Source: Raillietiella orientalis (lineage: Eukaryota). Taken from it: a DNA stretch of 64,000 nt. The notes under the pieces were generated by a model that was not told the DNA's origin, made no database searches, and worked only from the letters and a program-made list of their open reading frames with translations. The stretch covers positions 7,812,001 through 7,876,000 of the forward strand of contig JAYWIR010000001.1 of the NCBI GenBank assembly GCA_036172245.1, in the 5' to 3' direction. This document shows, one piece after another, positions 23,340-35,249 of the stretch. Both the position numbers and the translations under genes were made by a program. Within the stretch, counting starts at the first letter, position 1. Each line of letters opens with the position of its first letter.

Positions 23340-24640
23340 TTACATGGCTCCACAAGGTGTTGCTCCAGTGGAGAACACCCGCCCTAGTGCCGAAGATGTG
23401 GAGCACCAAGTGGCGCGAGCCTGCACGATACCTGGTCCAGCGAGCCAGCGGCTGCGCGGGACGGACTGCCTACCTTCCTAGCGCGCCGCAAACGCCGGTA
23501 CCTGTTCTGCTGCGGACTGGCGCTCGGGCGAGTGGCCAAGATGACCAGGACCAACAACTGGATCTCCTGCCGGCCCGCGAACGGCACTGCCTGGTTGCAG
23601 GAAAGCCTTCGCACATGGGCCCAGTACGAGGAAGCGAGCCCTGAAAACGACTGCTGCACTCCTTTTACAACAGCCGCTCGCTGCAAGACATCATCGTGCA
23701 GCCCGCGTCGAGTGCGTGGGCTGAGAGGACCTCCCTAGCCGCGGCTCTTCCCCACCTCAGGGACCACCTGGGCAGTAGTCAGCCGGCCAAGTGGCAGGTC
23801 CGTTGTGAAATCTCGGGACGAGAGAAGAAACTAGGTGGTTGCACTACAGGCCAGCTTGCGGACGCTGCGACCCCAGGTGCCCTACCTAAGGGACTATTGC
23901 TCTGGGGCGAGCTGCTGAAAATCCCGCTGGTAGAACTCGAGTGGGCCCAGCACTGAAGAACAGCCAGGCCCTCCCCCTAAAATGGCAGGAGTCGGCATTT
24001 CTGGTGTTTCACTGGGGTCTCCCTAGCAACGCCCGCCGATCTCACTGGACGAGGGGGGCTGTGAACCCCAACTGCTCCTGGTGAGGGGAACGGGAATCCC
24101 AGCTCCCGCACCTGCTCGTAGACTGTGTTGCCCTCCGGCCCCTGTGGTTGCGTTTCTCAACGGCCCTAGGTGCACCAGTGAACGCTCCCAGAGACATGTT
24201 CAAGCCTCTTTGTACGCGACGCCCTTTCTCCTGGAGCATCCCTAGCAGCCCATTGCTGCCTACGTGGGATTGTAGCGGCCTGGAGCTACGGAACAAGAGG
24301 ACGGCACTATAGGGACTCCATCTGCTTCACCCTGGGCTTCCTGAGGACGGCAGCCAGATAGCCTCATCCAGGGCATACTCGGATGGAACTTGCCGGCATC
24401 CTGGAAAGTAGAGGACGGCCTCCAGAGGAATGTGATCCCTTTCCTAACTCTCCCTTTTTTTTTTAAATAGTGTTTTTATTTTTCTTTTTGTTTGTTTCCT
24501 CCCCCTCCGCTGCCGAGGCGAACCTCGCCGGCCTGCGTGCCGGTGACTCTGCAAGTTCCCAACTCTTTCGGACGTTGTAGGGCCGATGGCCCTACACATG
24601 TCTGTTTATGTCAAAATAAACGCCCCGGCACACCCAGGAG
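23340..24640 (+). mobile_element. 5'-truncated Tx1/L1-clade non-LTR retrotransposon, 3' end of ORF2 plus 3' UTR
   Basis: zf-RVT-like motif at about 23955-24175: LPLKWQESAFLVFHWGLPSNARRSHW..NPNCSW*GERESQLPHLLVDCVALRPLW, with TGA at 24082 where a Cys is expected. GC-rich island in AT-rich flanks, followed by a T-rich tail, hairpins and AATAAA. Confidence 0.7.
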
Positions 24641-25420
24641 TCAAACAACGTGTTGCTTTACGTGCAAACCAGGAAAAACCAGGGTTTTGCCCAATCAGCA
24701 GTGTTTATCACTGCTGATTCGGATGGTTCGATTCATGGAAACTTGGACTTTCTGGAAACAGTTTGAAGCAGTTTTCCCATGTGTCTATTCAAAATCAGAG
24801 AAACTAGAGATCTTACAATCGATCTTTAGTACACAAAAGATGACCGTGGTTCATAACGGTGGATTTTTAAAAGCAAAATCAAATTTGAATTGAAAATATT
24901 GACGCCTCAATATTGACACAGCAATTCTTGAACACCAATTAGTGGTCACCCCATTTATATTTCCATCACATTCATGTTACTATCGGTTCTATACTTCCTG
25001 TGTGGTTCCATGGCATCCCCACATTCTCACTCTCATGGGTGCCGATCACAAAAATCCAAACCACAGTGTGTAAAAGGAGCAAAGTTTTTGAAACCTGAAA
25101 ACAAGAAAAGCGAACAGAATAATTCCTCGGGAAATTATACAAAAGACTACTCGGGTCGCAAGGAGGACGGACAAATACAATCCCCACGGCGATTTCGGAA
25201 TGCTGCAGAAATGAAGCACAGAAGCTGCACTGATTGTGAAATAATTCCTTCTGGTGTGCTTTGACTTTAGTGGGGGAGGTTGAATGAGATGGGGAAAGTG
25301 ATTTTCTGAATACACAGTCGACATTCACCGTAAAAAATACTGTGCTCTGGAGTGGTCGACTTGTTTAGTGATGTAGGCACAACTGTTTTCATCTGCCATC
25401 CCGTTGTTATGCTTGGGAAA

Positions 25421-26628
25421 ATGAAAGCATTTAGGGTTTGGAATTCCGAACGAAGTCTTCGTAAAGGTATTGCTGCCAAAAATTATGAAGACTTAATCCA
25501 CAAAGGTGAGGGAAAGCTTACAGCGCAGTCTTTACAAAACGAAAAATTGGTTTGGGCTGAGTAAGCAGCCAACATGGCGTCGAGTGTTGTTATTTCGCAG
25601 TACCCCTGTGTTAACTCATTAGTGCCATATTAATAGAATACGTTTCTCGGTTCGTGGTTTTGCCAAAAGTGCAAGGGGGATCTAATCTCCAGATATTTTT
25701 CAGTCTGGAAAGCGTGTGCATTGCAATATTTGTAATTCACAGTGATTCACAATTTCCAGTTATATGAAGGAGTTCATATTTCAATTCTGTAAAGTCATAG
25801 AATGGTAGCATAACGTATGGATAATCGGATTCGAAAATCACGTTCACTTCGAGAATTGATAGTTGGGGATTGGATGCATGGAGCGTGTTTGTTGCCAAGT
25901 TGAAAAAATTATAAAACAATGTTTGAGCATGCTCAGTAGGGAACTTATCGGCTTGAAGAATGGATGACATGCATCGTCAAATAAATTGATTTTCGGACAG
26001 TATTTGTTTGCGTCACCAGATCCTTTTTCCGTTTCCCCGATCATTTGAATTGAAAGAATAAAATGCATTCAGTTATTGTTAGCATTTGTCTACAGTTTTG
26101 CCCCTTTTTTTTATATACAATAAGCTAAGCAAAAACTTGGAGTAGATTTAGAAAGCAGTGTCACTTTGGTAGTAGAAAACGATGGAACGTCCGTAGATGA
26201 CGATGAGTATTTATTACAACTCCCTGATCACACAGTGCTTCTTCTTTTGAAAGAAAATGAAATATGGCATCCTTTGGAGAATACAGGTGGATCACCCTGC
26301 ACATGGTAACTTTAGTAAATGGTGAATGCTTAGTTAGAAAAATACTTCTAGGGATACTGTAGATTTTCCTGGTTGCCATCCTGAAACTTGGGATGTTCTC
26401 ATGAAATTGAAAGATGATTTATATAGAATACTTTTTTTAACTGACAGAGAATTGGCTTTGATATTGGATCTGGACCCCACAGCATTCAAAACAGAGGATC
26501 AGATATGGATGCAGAAAATCAAAGATGCGTGTGCAAAAGTGCATGATCAGAGAATGGAAATAAATGAAGCCATAAATCTTGTCAAACTATGCCACACAGC
26601 AGCATCTGAAACTGACGCAAATTTTTAA
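25421..26628 (+). CDS. DFFA: DNA fragmentation factor alpha / ICAD-like (Drep1-type) CIDE-N protein, about 180 aa
   Basis: Exons 25421-25505, 26125-26305 and 26352-26628 total 543 nt. CIDE-N: KAFRVWNSERSLRKGIAA..VTLVVENDGTSVDDDEYLLQLPDHTVLLLL..W. Then a DTVD caspase site and a DFF-C-like helix LKDDLYRILFLTDRELALILD. An alternative in-frame ATG lies at 25409. Confidence 0.85.
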
Positions 26629-26714
26629 GTACAATTGCATTTATTTGATTACCAAATTATATTTTTCATATCAGTGCCCCAAAGTTCACAACAAAGAATC
26701 ACATCATCTCATTC

Positions 26715-27670
26715 TCAAAAATCCTTATGAATATGCAATAAATTTTTTGCTACCATTTGGCAGTGGTTCCTAACTGCAAGCATGCACCTATGATTCTCCT
26801 TAGCACTAGATTGGAAGTCACCTGAAGGCTCAGGGCACAGCTTTCTTTCAATCACTTTATCAAAAAATTTGGACAGCTGAACAGCTGAACCAGACCCTGG
26901 TGACAAAGATTTAGGATTATGGGAATCCTATCATAAAATTATGGAAACCATTAATAGCAAATAAGCATCTTCATAATCAATTAGGAACAAACCAAAAAGA
27001 TTTCATCAGCTCCCAATTCTGAAGCTAAACTTCTGTATTGTGATTCCAAGTGCATGTTGGGAACTGCATCCAGTTTATTGCCCACAATGAGCAATGGAAG
27101 CTTGAAGGATTTTTTCCAATGAGTTATTTTGAGGAACTCCTATACCTGAATACCTACAACTTGCTCAGAATCATAATATTCCCATGAGTTCTGAAATTCC
27201 CTCTCAGTTCCACTATCAATAATTTCAGTCAGCCACTTTCGAAGATTGCTGAGTGATTTTCTGTTTGTCAAGTCATGTACCAAGATAGCACCTATCAGAT
27301 AATCCTACTTGTAACTCAACACAATGCTCACCATGAGCATCAGGATAAAACATGGCTCTGGCCTTCTTGTGACCAGTACTCCCTCCAATATCCCACAGTT
27401 CCACAGCAAACATCTTCTGAGATGATATGTCTTCTTTGTATTCATGTAATTTAATTTCAATTGAACAACCTGGATAAATCAAATGTCTGACTGTCTGTCA
27501 AATAGTTTACCAATGGTCCAAGATGGATGCTTGATAGGAGTTCCATGTGCAATCAAATGCACCAATGAAGATTTGCCTACACCTTGGAAAGCACAGTTAA
27601 GCTATTACAAGATAAACAGCAGACCTGAATCGCCTGTAACAAGCACTTTGACTCTATCTATAGTTGCCAT
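26715..27670 (-). CDS. RABL3: Rab-like protein 3, about 240 aa
   Basis: Exons 27670-27625, 27582-27511, 27469-27332, 27291-27146, 27100-26993 and 26927-26715 total 723 nt. Motifs KVLVTGDSGVGKSSLVHLI, WTIGCS, ELWDIGG, ILVHDLTNRKS..NLRKW, GNKLD and LSKFFDKVIE. Confidence 0.93.
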
Positions 27671-28502
27671 CTTTTTTCCAGAATGTTGCAGGTTAAATTG
27701 CAATCACTTTCTTGTATGGCTATCACAACCAAGACATAATTGCTTATAAAACTGAATCTAAAAGCTCTGGAACAAGGATGATAAAACAGTAATTGTTTCA
27801 AAGCATTAAACTCTTGTGCTTCAATTTCTCTGTAAATTACATAAATTCTTAATATGCACAAAAAACATACAATATGCAAAAAACATTTGCATTCTTTGGA
27901 ATACACTGTTGCATTCATTTTTTGCTATTTTACATGGTCAACAGAATTTGATTGTGTTAAAATAAAGGGATTTGTACATTTTTAAAAGACTTGATTAAAT
28001 TAATAGCAATATGAATGTCTTGTGATTGCATAGGTGGTCAAGGGAACATGCCTTCCACCTCATTCAAAGTAAAAAGCAAATGAAGAAATAATTATATTTG
28101 GTAAAATGTGCTAGCGCATCCACTATGTTAATAAATGTTTTAGCAACACCATATCTTATGCTGTTGCTTTCAAATATCACAACTTGGATATTCTCAGGTG
28201 TATTCATTAGTTGTCACAGCTAATCTCGATATCAGAAATACTTCTTTCATCAAAATTCCCCAATTTGATGGCATAACATGAGAATATGTCAATAATTTGG
28301 GGTTTCTGCACACATGCCTTCAGTTGAAATGGTGAAAAACAACTGAAAACCAATGCAGTGAAAGAACAATTCATACTCTTCCAAATGACAAAGCATGTTA
28401 AGTAAACTCGACAGAACTTCCGAGTTTTCGATCACTTCCACCAAAATGTGTATTAGCGCTCCCATCTGCTATCACTGTAGCCAGTAATTTTTGATCTCTG
28501 CT

Positions 28503-30290
28503 CTAATCAAATTCATTTGCATAATAGTCCTGGTACAAGTTGATATAAGCATCTTTTTCATTTGCTGACATTTGTCCAATGATTTCATCTGTGACCTCAG
28601 TAATAGGAATTCTCATGTCTCCTACATGGACAAGTGGAACAACTTCTTCATCTTCACTATCCATCAGATCAACTTCTGGCATTGCAGCTATTTTGAAATT
28701 GAACAATACGTGATCTACCTGATTTAAACTTATTTACCTTCCAGTGCAATGTTTTCTTCCATCTTGATAAGTGGTTGTATGCTCTCAGAATCCTGCTTCT
28801 TCTCTAATGCAAGAAGAACAGACATGATGTCTTCAGAAGACTGACTTGATGTCTTTTGAAACTCCTTTTCTGTAGAAACTGGCAAATACGGCTGTGAATT
28901 TAAAGATGGAGTCATAGAATCCACAATTGTGCTCTCCATCATCCACACAGGTGTTTCTTTGACCACAGCAGGTGCATCCAATTCATTTCCTAAGCTGACT
29001 TGAATAGGTGCATGATCCAAAGGATTCTGGTTCCGTGTAGCTTCTCCTGACCACACACCTTGTTTTCCGATGTTCTCAGTACTGGAAACCTATAAGTTCG
29101 TACATACTACTTTCATGTTACCAACCTGGTCAATAAACTTATGTCTACTGGCTCTGGTTCCAACACTTCAGGGGCTAATTTAATATCTTCTACTTCTCGC
29201 AACAGAATATACAATGCTTCCATTTGCTCATTGAAACGAGCAAGCAGTAATCTCGAATCCTGTTTGGGTAAGGCTGATTCATCTTCTTCTACCAATGATT
29301 TACAGAAAGTGCATCTAAATTCACTAGTCATAGAATCAAATAGTTGATCTGCCTGCAAGAAATATTTAATAATAAATATTAACAGGAAAATCCCACCTCC
29401 AAATCTGTATACGTTTTTAAACAACTAAGACATTTAAAAGAAGCCCTACTAGTAGCATCTCTTTCTTCAGTTTCCATTCTTCGTCTCATGTGATCTAATT
29501 TATATTTAACCACATTTACAAACACCTGCTTTTCATTCATTAGCATAAATTAAACTTGATTTTCAAACCTTGTAGTTAATGAAATAATAGTTCTGTCGCT
29601 GTGATTTCCCATCTGAACTAGTTTCCATTTTGATGCGGGTCTGGATAAAACGATCCTTTATTAAGGTTGCAATTCTTGAACGAAGCATTTTTCTTTCAAA
29701 CTTAAGTAAGTCACAAATATCATCTTCCTTCATACCTAATATATGTGTACATAATTAGAAGGATAGTCTAAAATAAAATGCTTCTCGATGTTATAAAGTA
29801 TGAAATTAGCAAAGGCTTGGACTGACGAAAATAAACAAACTTTACTTCATGAACATTGCACTATTTAACAAATCACTTTTGTCCCTTCCCTCATTTACTA
29901 GATCTAATTAATTAGATCCTCAAATTTGTTACTTACTCTAAATTATTAGAATTTGGAATTAGAAATCAACTAGAATCTGAAAAGCATGGTTTTAAAATTG
30001 CAATGCAATTCATCCAGATAATATAACTAAAAACGCTACACAAAAAAATACAGCAATTTTTTTAAATGCCCATAAAATTCGTCGTACCATCCAACATGAA
30101 CACTTAATTTCGGGATACAATGTGAAATATGGTAATCAAATTTTTACTGAGATCACATACATGGATTTCTCACCAGCATGTCAATGATTAATGTATCTTC
30201 CACATTATAAAATCCACGAACAACCAACCGTGCTAATTGTTTCAGTGAGCTAGGAATTTCTCTGACAAGGTTGATTTCCGAACTTTCCAT
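28503..30290 (-). CDS. GTF2E1: General transcription factor IIE subunit 1 (TFIIE-alpha), about 393 aa
   Basis: Exons 30290-30161, 29735-29569, 29525-29397, 29352-29126, 29081-28738 and 28687-28503 total 1182 nt. Motifs [37 protein letters not shown], zinc ribbon CLSC..FRCTFC, LARFNEQ, and an acidic C-terminus ending [13 protein letters not shown]. Confidence 0.95.
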
Positions 30291-30687
30291 CTATGAATTT
30301 ATGTGCCTTCACAGGATAATCGCATGTCCAAAATTCCCCTATAACGAATTACTATATGTATTTCGAATAACTGCTTTTGTGCATTAACTCAATTAGAAAT
30401 ACTATAGGAGATGGAAACATATCGTTTCTCTTACAAGCACTCAGTACTCCAGAACCTGTAAAACAAAAATTACAGAGACCAAACGGTGCCATGTATGTAG
30501 CAATACCTGAAACTTAAGACACACTGTATGAGATGCGATAGATACAGTGTTGAAGCAGATAAATGAAATCTAAACTTACTTCACTTTGTTAAAAAGGAAT
30601 TCCAAATGTCTGATAAGCAAACCCACATAAATGTTCAATAGTTAGAGCAACCATTTCCTAAAACTCTCAACGGCCACACGCCATCCC

Positions 30688-30759
30688 TTTCGCGAAAAGC
30701 AGAACTGAGGTTCAACAAATGTCCGAAGAAACATTCAGTGTTTCTTCTCGACATTTGTT
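30688..30759. promoter_or_regulatory. Palindromic elements upstream of TFIIE-alpha
   Basis: TTTCGCGAAA palindrome at 30688-30697 and a 46-nt hairpin at 30714-30759, upstream of probable 5'UTR splice sites (minus-strand donor near 30577, acceptor near 30456). Confidence 0.4.
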
Positions 30760-33700
30760 CTGACATTTGACATTAACCCACCGAACTTTATTGTGTGCTT
30801 TGAAAATTGCAAATGTTACAAGGAAGCACAGGTAGCTTTCGAAATTTTTTTTTTTTTTATCGACAAGGAAAGCCTGCATGTTACTCGTGACACATGTGCA
30901 GATAAAAGTACAGATATATGAATCTTAAATTGCATGCCATAAAGTTCTGCATCTCCGAACAAGCACCAAATCTTACGTTTTCCTGTAGAACGTATTTGGC
31001 AGTTTGATTTGTTTTCCACATAGCTTCGCAAATAATTAAAAATTTAATATCACCTCATTGTAATAATGTAATTATTCACTAACTTTTAGAAAAATGTTGA
31101 TCAGATTTGAAAAAAGCATTGCATTTTAGAATATTTGCAAGTGGAATTTAAAAGAAAAAAAAAAAAAAAAAAAGAGCGTTGAGTTGCAAAGCTTTCATTT
31201 TCGATGCATGCATTTATTCCCATCAACTATCCTAATCCCACGTATTTTCGCAATTTGAAAAGCATAGAAGCTTCTGAAAAGCAGCTTTCAGAAGGTTTAC
31301 TGTTTGCCACACGTTTTTGTATTTTTTTTTCCACAGTACCAATCTGACCTTGCAATTCATTCAAATTGCAATGATGCAGCTTATTAAGTGCAGCGATTCA
31401 GCAGCAACGGCATTACGTGGGAACTTTCGTAACTTCATTATGGCGACCAAGTGTGCCGTTTTTGTAGATTTTCATGTTTCGTTGTTTTTCAAATTCCACT
31501 CCAATCTTTTTCTTATTTTTCGTGTCTCTACTGCCACTTGGAGGAAGTATGTGATGTTTTTTTTTTTTATTTTAACGACTAAAATTGACAAAATTTTCTA
31601 GTGGTCACATTCTCGTCTCTATAGTCGTTCGTTTTGCAATAACCAAGTTGAAGTAAGTGTCTCATATATCTGAGAGAGCCTGATTTTTTAGCTTCTGTTT
31701 TCTGGAATAATCTTAGTATTCCCAGCATAATTGCGCCTCTATGAGCACTCTTCTTCAAGATATTGTCTGGATCAAATTATCACCATGTTGCGAGAGGTAC
31801 AACTTGATGTCGCTTCTTGTATAAACTTCGTGTACATGGGATTATGTTAGCTTTCTCTGTTGGCGACTGACTGTTCAGCCAATGTCAAAAACAAATGAGA
31901 AGTATTTTTGATAATAAATATAACAATAAATTCAGTTCTTCTTGGTATTAAGGGAAATTTAGTTTTCTTCTCAATATAGAAAAATTAACACACTCTAGTT
32001 CCATGTATACTACCTAAAAACACTATGTGTGTAATGTTGCACTTTCTGAATTTTAACATGCATGAAAGCAATTTTTCCAAATGGTAATCATCGATTGATA
32101 AGCATCGGATTAATTTGCAACTAATTTTACTAAATAACTGCTATCTTTATTATGGAATGTCTACAAGGTAAATGTCAACAAATGCAAATCGGCCAATCTA
32201 TCCTGCTGCTGTTAAGGGGACACAGAGTAAACATGAGAAAAAAAATAGGATCGTGATTCCAATTCTTTATTTTGGGGAGGGTTTTCCCATTTAGCTATTA
32301 TGTGATTATATATATCGAGAGTTATTGACATGGATCAAACAAAGGGCATTTCAGGACAGGGTAAATATTTCATAAAATCAGTTATAAAAATAAGCATCAT
32401 AAAATATCAAATGCATTTAATGTCATCAAACACTAAATTGAAAACCTGTATTAAGTTTAAGATATGCTCTTTTATAACAGCAGATACTTTTGTGCAAACA
32501 AGGCGCCTGTTTTAAAGAAAGTGATAGGTCTTGAAAGATAGCTATAATTCTTTTGAAAAGTATTTTGAAAGAATAATTCGAACTCATGAAGACAACATCC
32601 TTTATTTGTATTAAGTTTTATTGATGATCAACAGAGATTGATCTCGGCAACCATTAAGTATGGAAGAGGCACAGTAGATAAATAATGCTCTTACTCTTGA
32701 TCAAACCTTTATTTCCTCAGTAAAATTTTAATAATAAACAATTTAGTTTAAGAAATACATTTTGTCTTAGAAAAAGCAGGATTTCAATTGAAGCTTTGTG
32801 GTACAGACAACAAACTTGCAAGATTGCGTCAATACTCATCGGAGCATTTTGATTGCTATAATCAGGGGTTGTATTTCGTGCAAAAGTTTGGAGAGAAAAT
32901 CTTTTTTTGTAATCACTTATTTTTAATTGCTTGCAAACAAGTTCGTTTCGTGTTCGACACCTATTGAATGAATATAAATAGATAGTCGAAATTTCAGATA
33001 TCTTCGTCAGATATCTTTCAGATATCTATCAGATTTAAGTTGATGCATTTCCCTTAAAGCCAGATCGCTTGTGTTTTTAGTTTATCACGTTATTATTTAA
33101 TTTGTTTTAAGAGTTATTCAAAAAGCTTGAAATGAACTTTATTTTAATATTTACATATGTTGCATTCTTGTTTACCTGCTTTTGTTTAATGTAGCAATTT
33201 ACAGAATGCAAACCAAAGTTCATCTAAAGAATGAGATGCAAATACAGAAAAGTTAGATTGTTTTGTTCGAAGAAAGGAATTCAGCAAAGGAATAAGGAGT
33301 GAATGTTAAATTTTGCAGCCATTTTGGAAATAAATCCCAAAGATGAAAATGTCCATCTTGTGAATACTGAGTTTAAAGAAGAAGAAAAAACATGTGAAGA
33401 AGATTCCCAAATGGCGAAAGATTTGTTTCTCTAAATATTAAATTCCAAAACTTCGTGCGATAGAAATTTCCACCGAACACTTACGAAATTGCACTCGTAA
33501 AATAGAATATGAGAAATTTGTACATACTAAAAAAAATTAAGCATGAAAATCTCATCAGAGAAATCGAAGAGAGATTAAAAAAATAGAGAGAAAATTAATA
33601 AAAGTGCTTAAGATAAGAAGAACAGATTCTTGAAAAAAAAATTAGAAGAGCAAAGATTCATATTCCATAACGTATCTTTCCTAAAAGTAATATTATTTTT

Positions 33701-35249
33701 AAAAAGAAAAGTCCGATTACTCAAATTCCAATCATAAGTTAAGCAACAGGATGCATTCTTTCGAAATGTCAAATAATTTTTGAAATACTGAAGTAATTAT
33801 TTAATGGAATATATCTTGTTTATTGGACATTCACCACACTGGTATTGAGTAACGAAAAAATTGAGATTAAATTGACAAAATTTAACATTCTGTACTGAAA
33901 TATGGTTTCACTGTGCTTACATGGGAAAATGATGGATTTAACTTATCAGAAAGTAAAGTAAAAATAATCTCCATGTAAAGCCAGTAACTTTGATATTCCC
34001 ACACAGATATCTTTGAAAAAAATATTCACCAAGTTTTCAAGTGTGATTGAATTAATACTATTTTACCCCATTTATAAAAACGAAAGTCTCATAAATACTT
34101 TTAATCTCCTGATCATGAAAAAAATTGATTCAAAGACTAAATCAAAGATCGAAGAGGTTGCAAATGTAAAAATTCCAAGAGTGAAGAATAATCAAAAGTA
34201 ATGACAAAGAAAGCATTGATTGTCTAGATAAGGATTGAAATAGCATTGAACCAAAAATAACAGTGGAATAACATAACTATATGTTGCAAAGATGCATCCA
34301 TGTAGTTACTGTAATGCAAAGCACATTGCTTTACGAAGAGTAGACAATTTTTTTTAAACAAAAAGACTCGAATTCTCCACAATCACAACTAGAGGGAACA
34401 ATTTAAAGATTTGCAAGTTCCATTCGAAAAAGTAATCAAAAGTTGATAGGGATTTGGTTGAGCGATTTGAAAACTATTGTATGGTATACTTATAACTCAG
34501 CACAATAGGTTTCTATGCATTTACAACAAAAGAATTCGACTTGCGCCTGAAATACAAAAAATTGTACATAAAATGCATAGAGAACTTTATTTAGCAAATT
34601 GGAGTTTGAAAATAATCATGTAATGTGTTTAAGATATGGAATTCCCTTATTTGAAGTTAATGCAAAATTCTAAAGAAGAATGAAGTTCAGTGAGAAACTT
34701 GATTGCAAAAGGAAATGTATTTATTATTTGTTAAATATAATTTAAATTAAAATTAGATAAAGGTGTAAGATTAAGTATTAATTTCAATAGTAGTTAGAGT
34801 TTGCATAATTTGAGTGAAGTTTAACAGTGCATAAATAATTATAACTGATGATGGCAGAAAGACACTAGGCAGCAGTTATCAGCAAGAAAAAAAATAAACA
34901 CAGCCCCTGAGAAGATGTAAGGAACTCCTATATGTCACAAATGAACAGTTTTTTGGAAGCTTAGCTCAGTTAATTTATGAGGTATTTCTTTCAAATTCCA
35001 AAAATAAAAAAGAAGTACACCTTTGTCAGTCATTCCAAGAGCAGATGGTTTAAATATTGTGTGAGAATTAAATTGACAAAATTATGTAATCAGTATGAAT
35101 GAGCAATCTTTGTTGAAACAAGAAGAAAGCACTAGCAGTAATTTATGGTAATGTTAAGAATTTACTGTCTGTTTCGTAATTTCAACGCCAATGTATACAA
35201 TAATCCCTTAATTCAGAATGAAAGCTATTGTGGAGGGTAAAAAAGCAGA

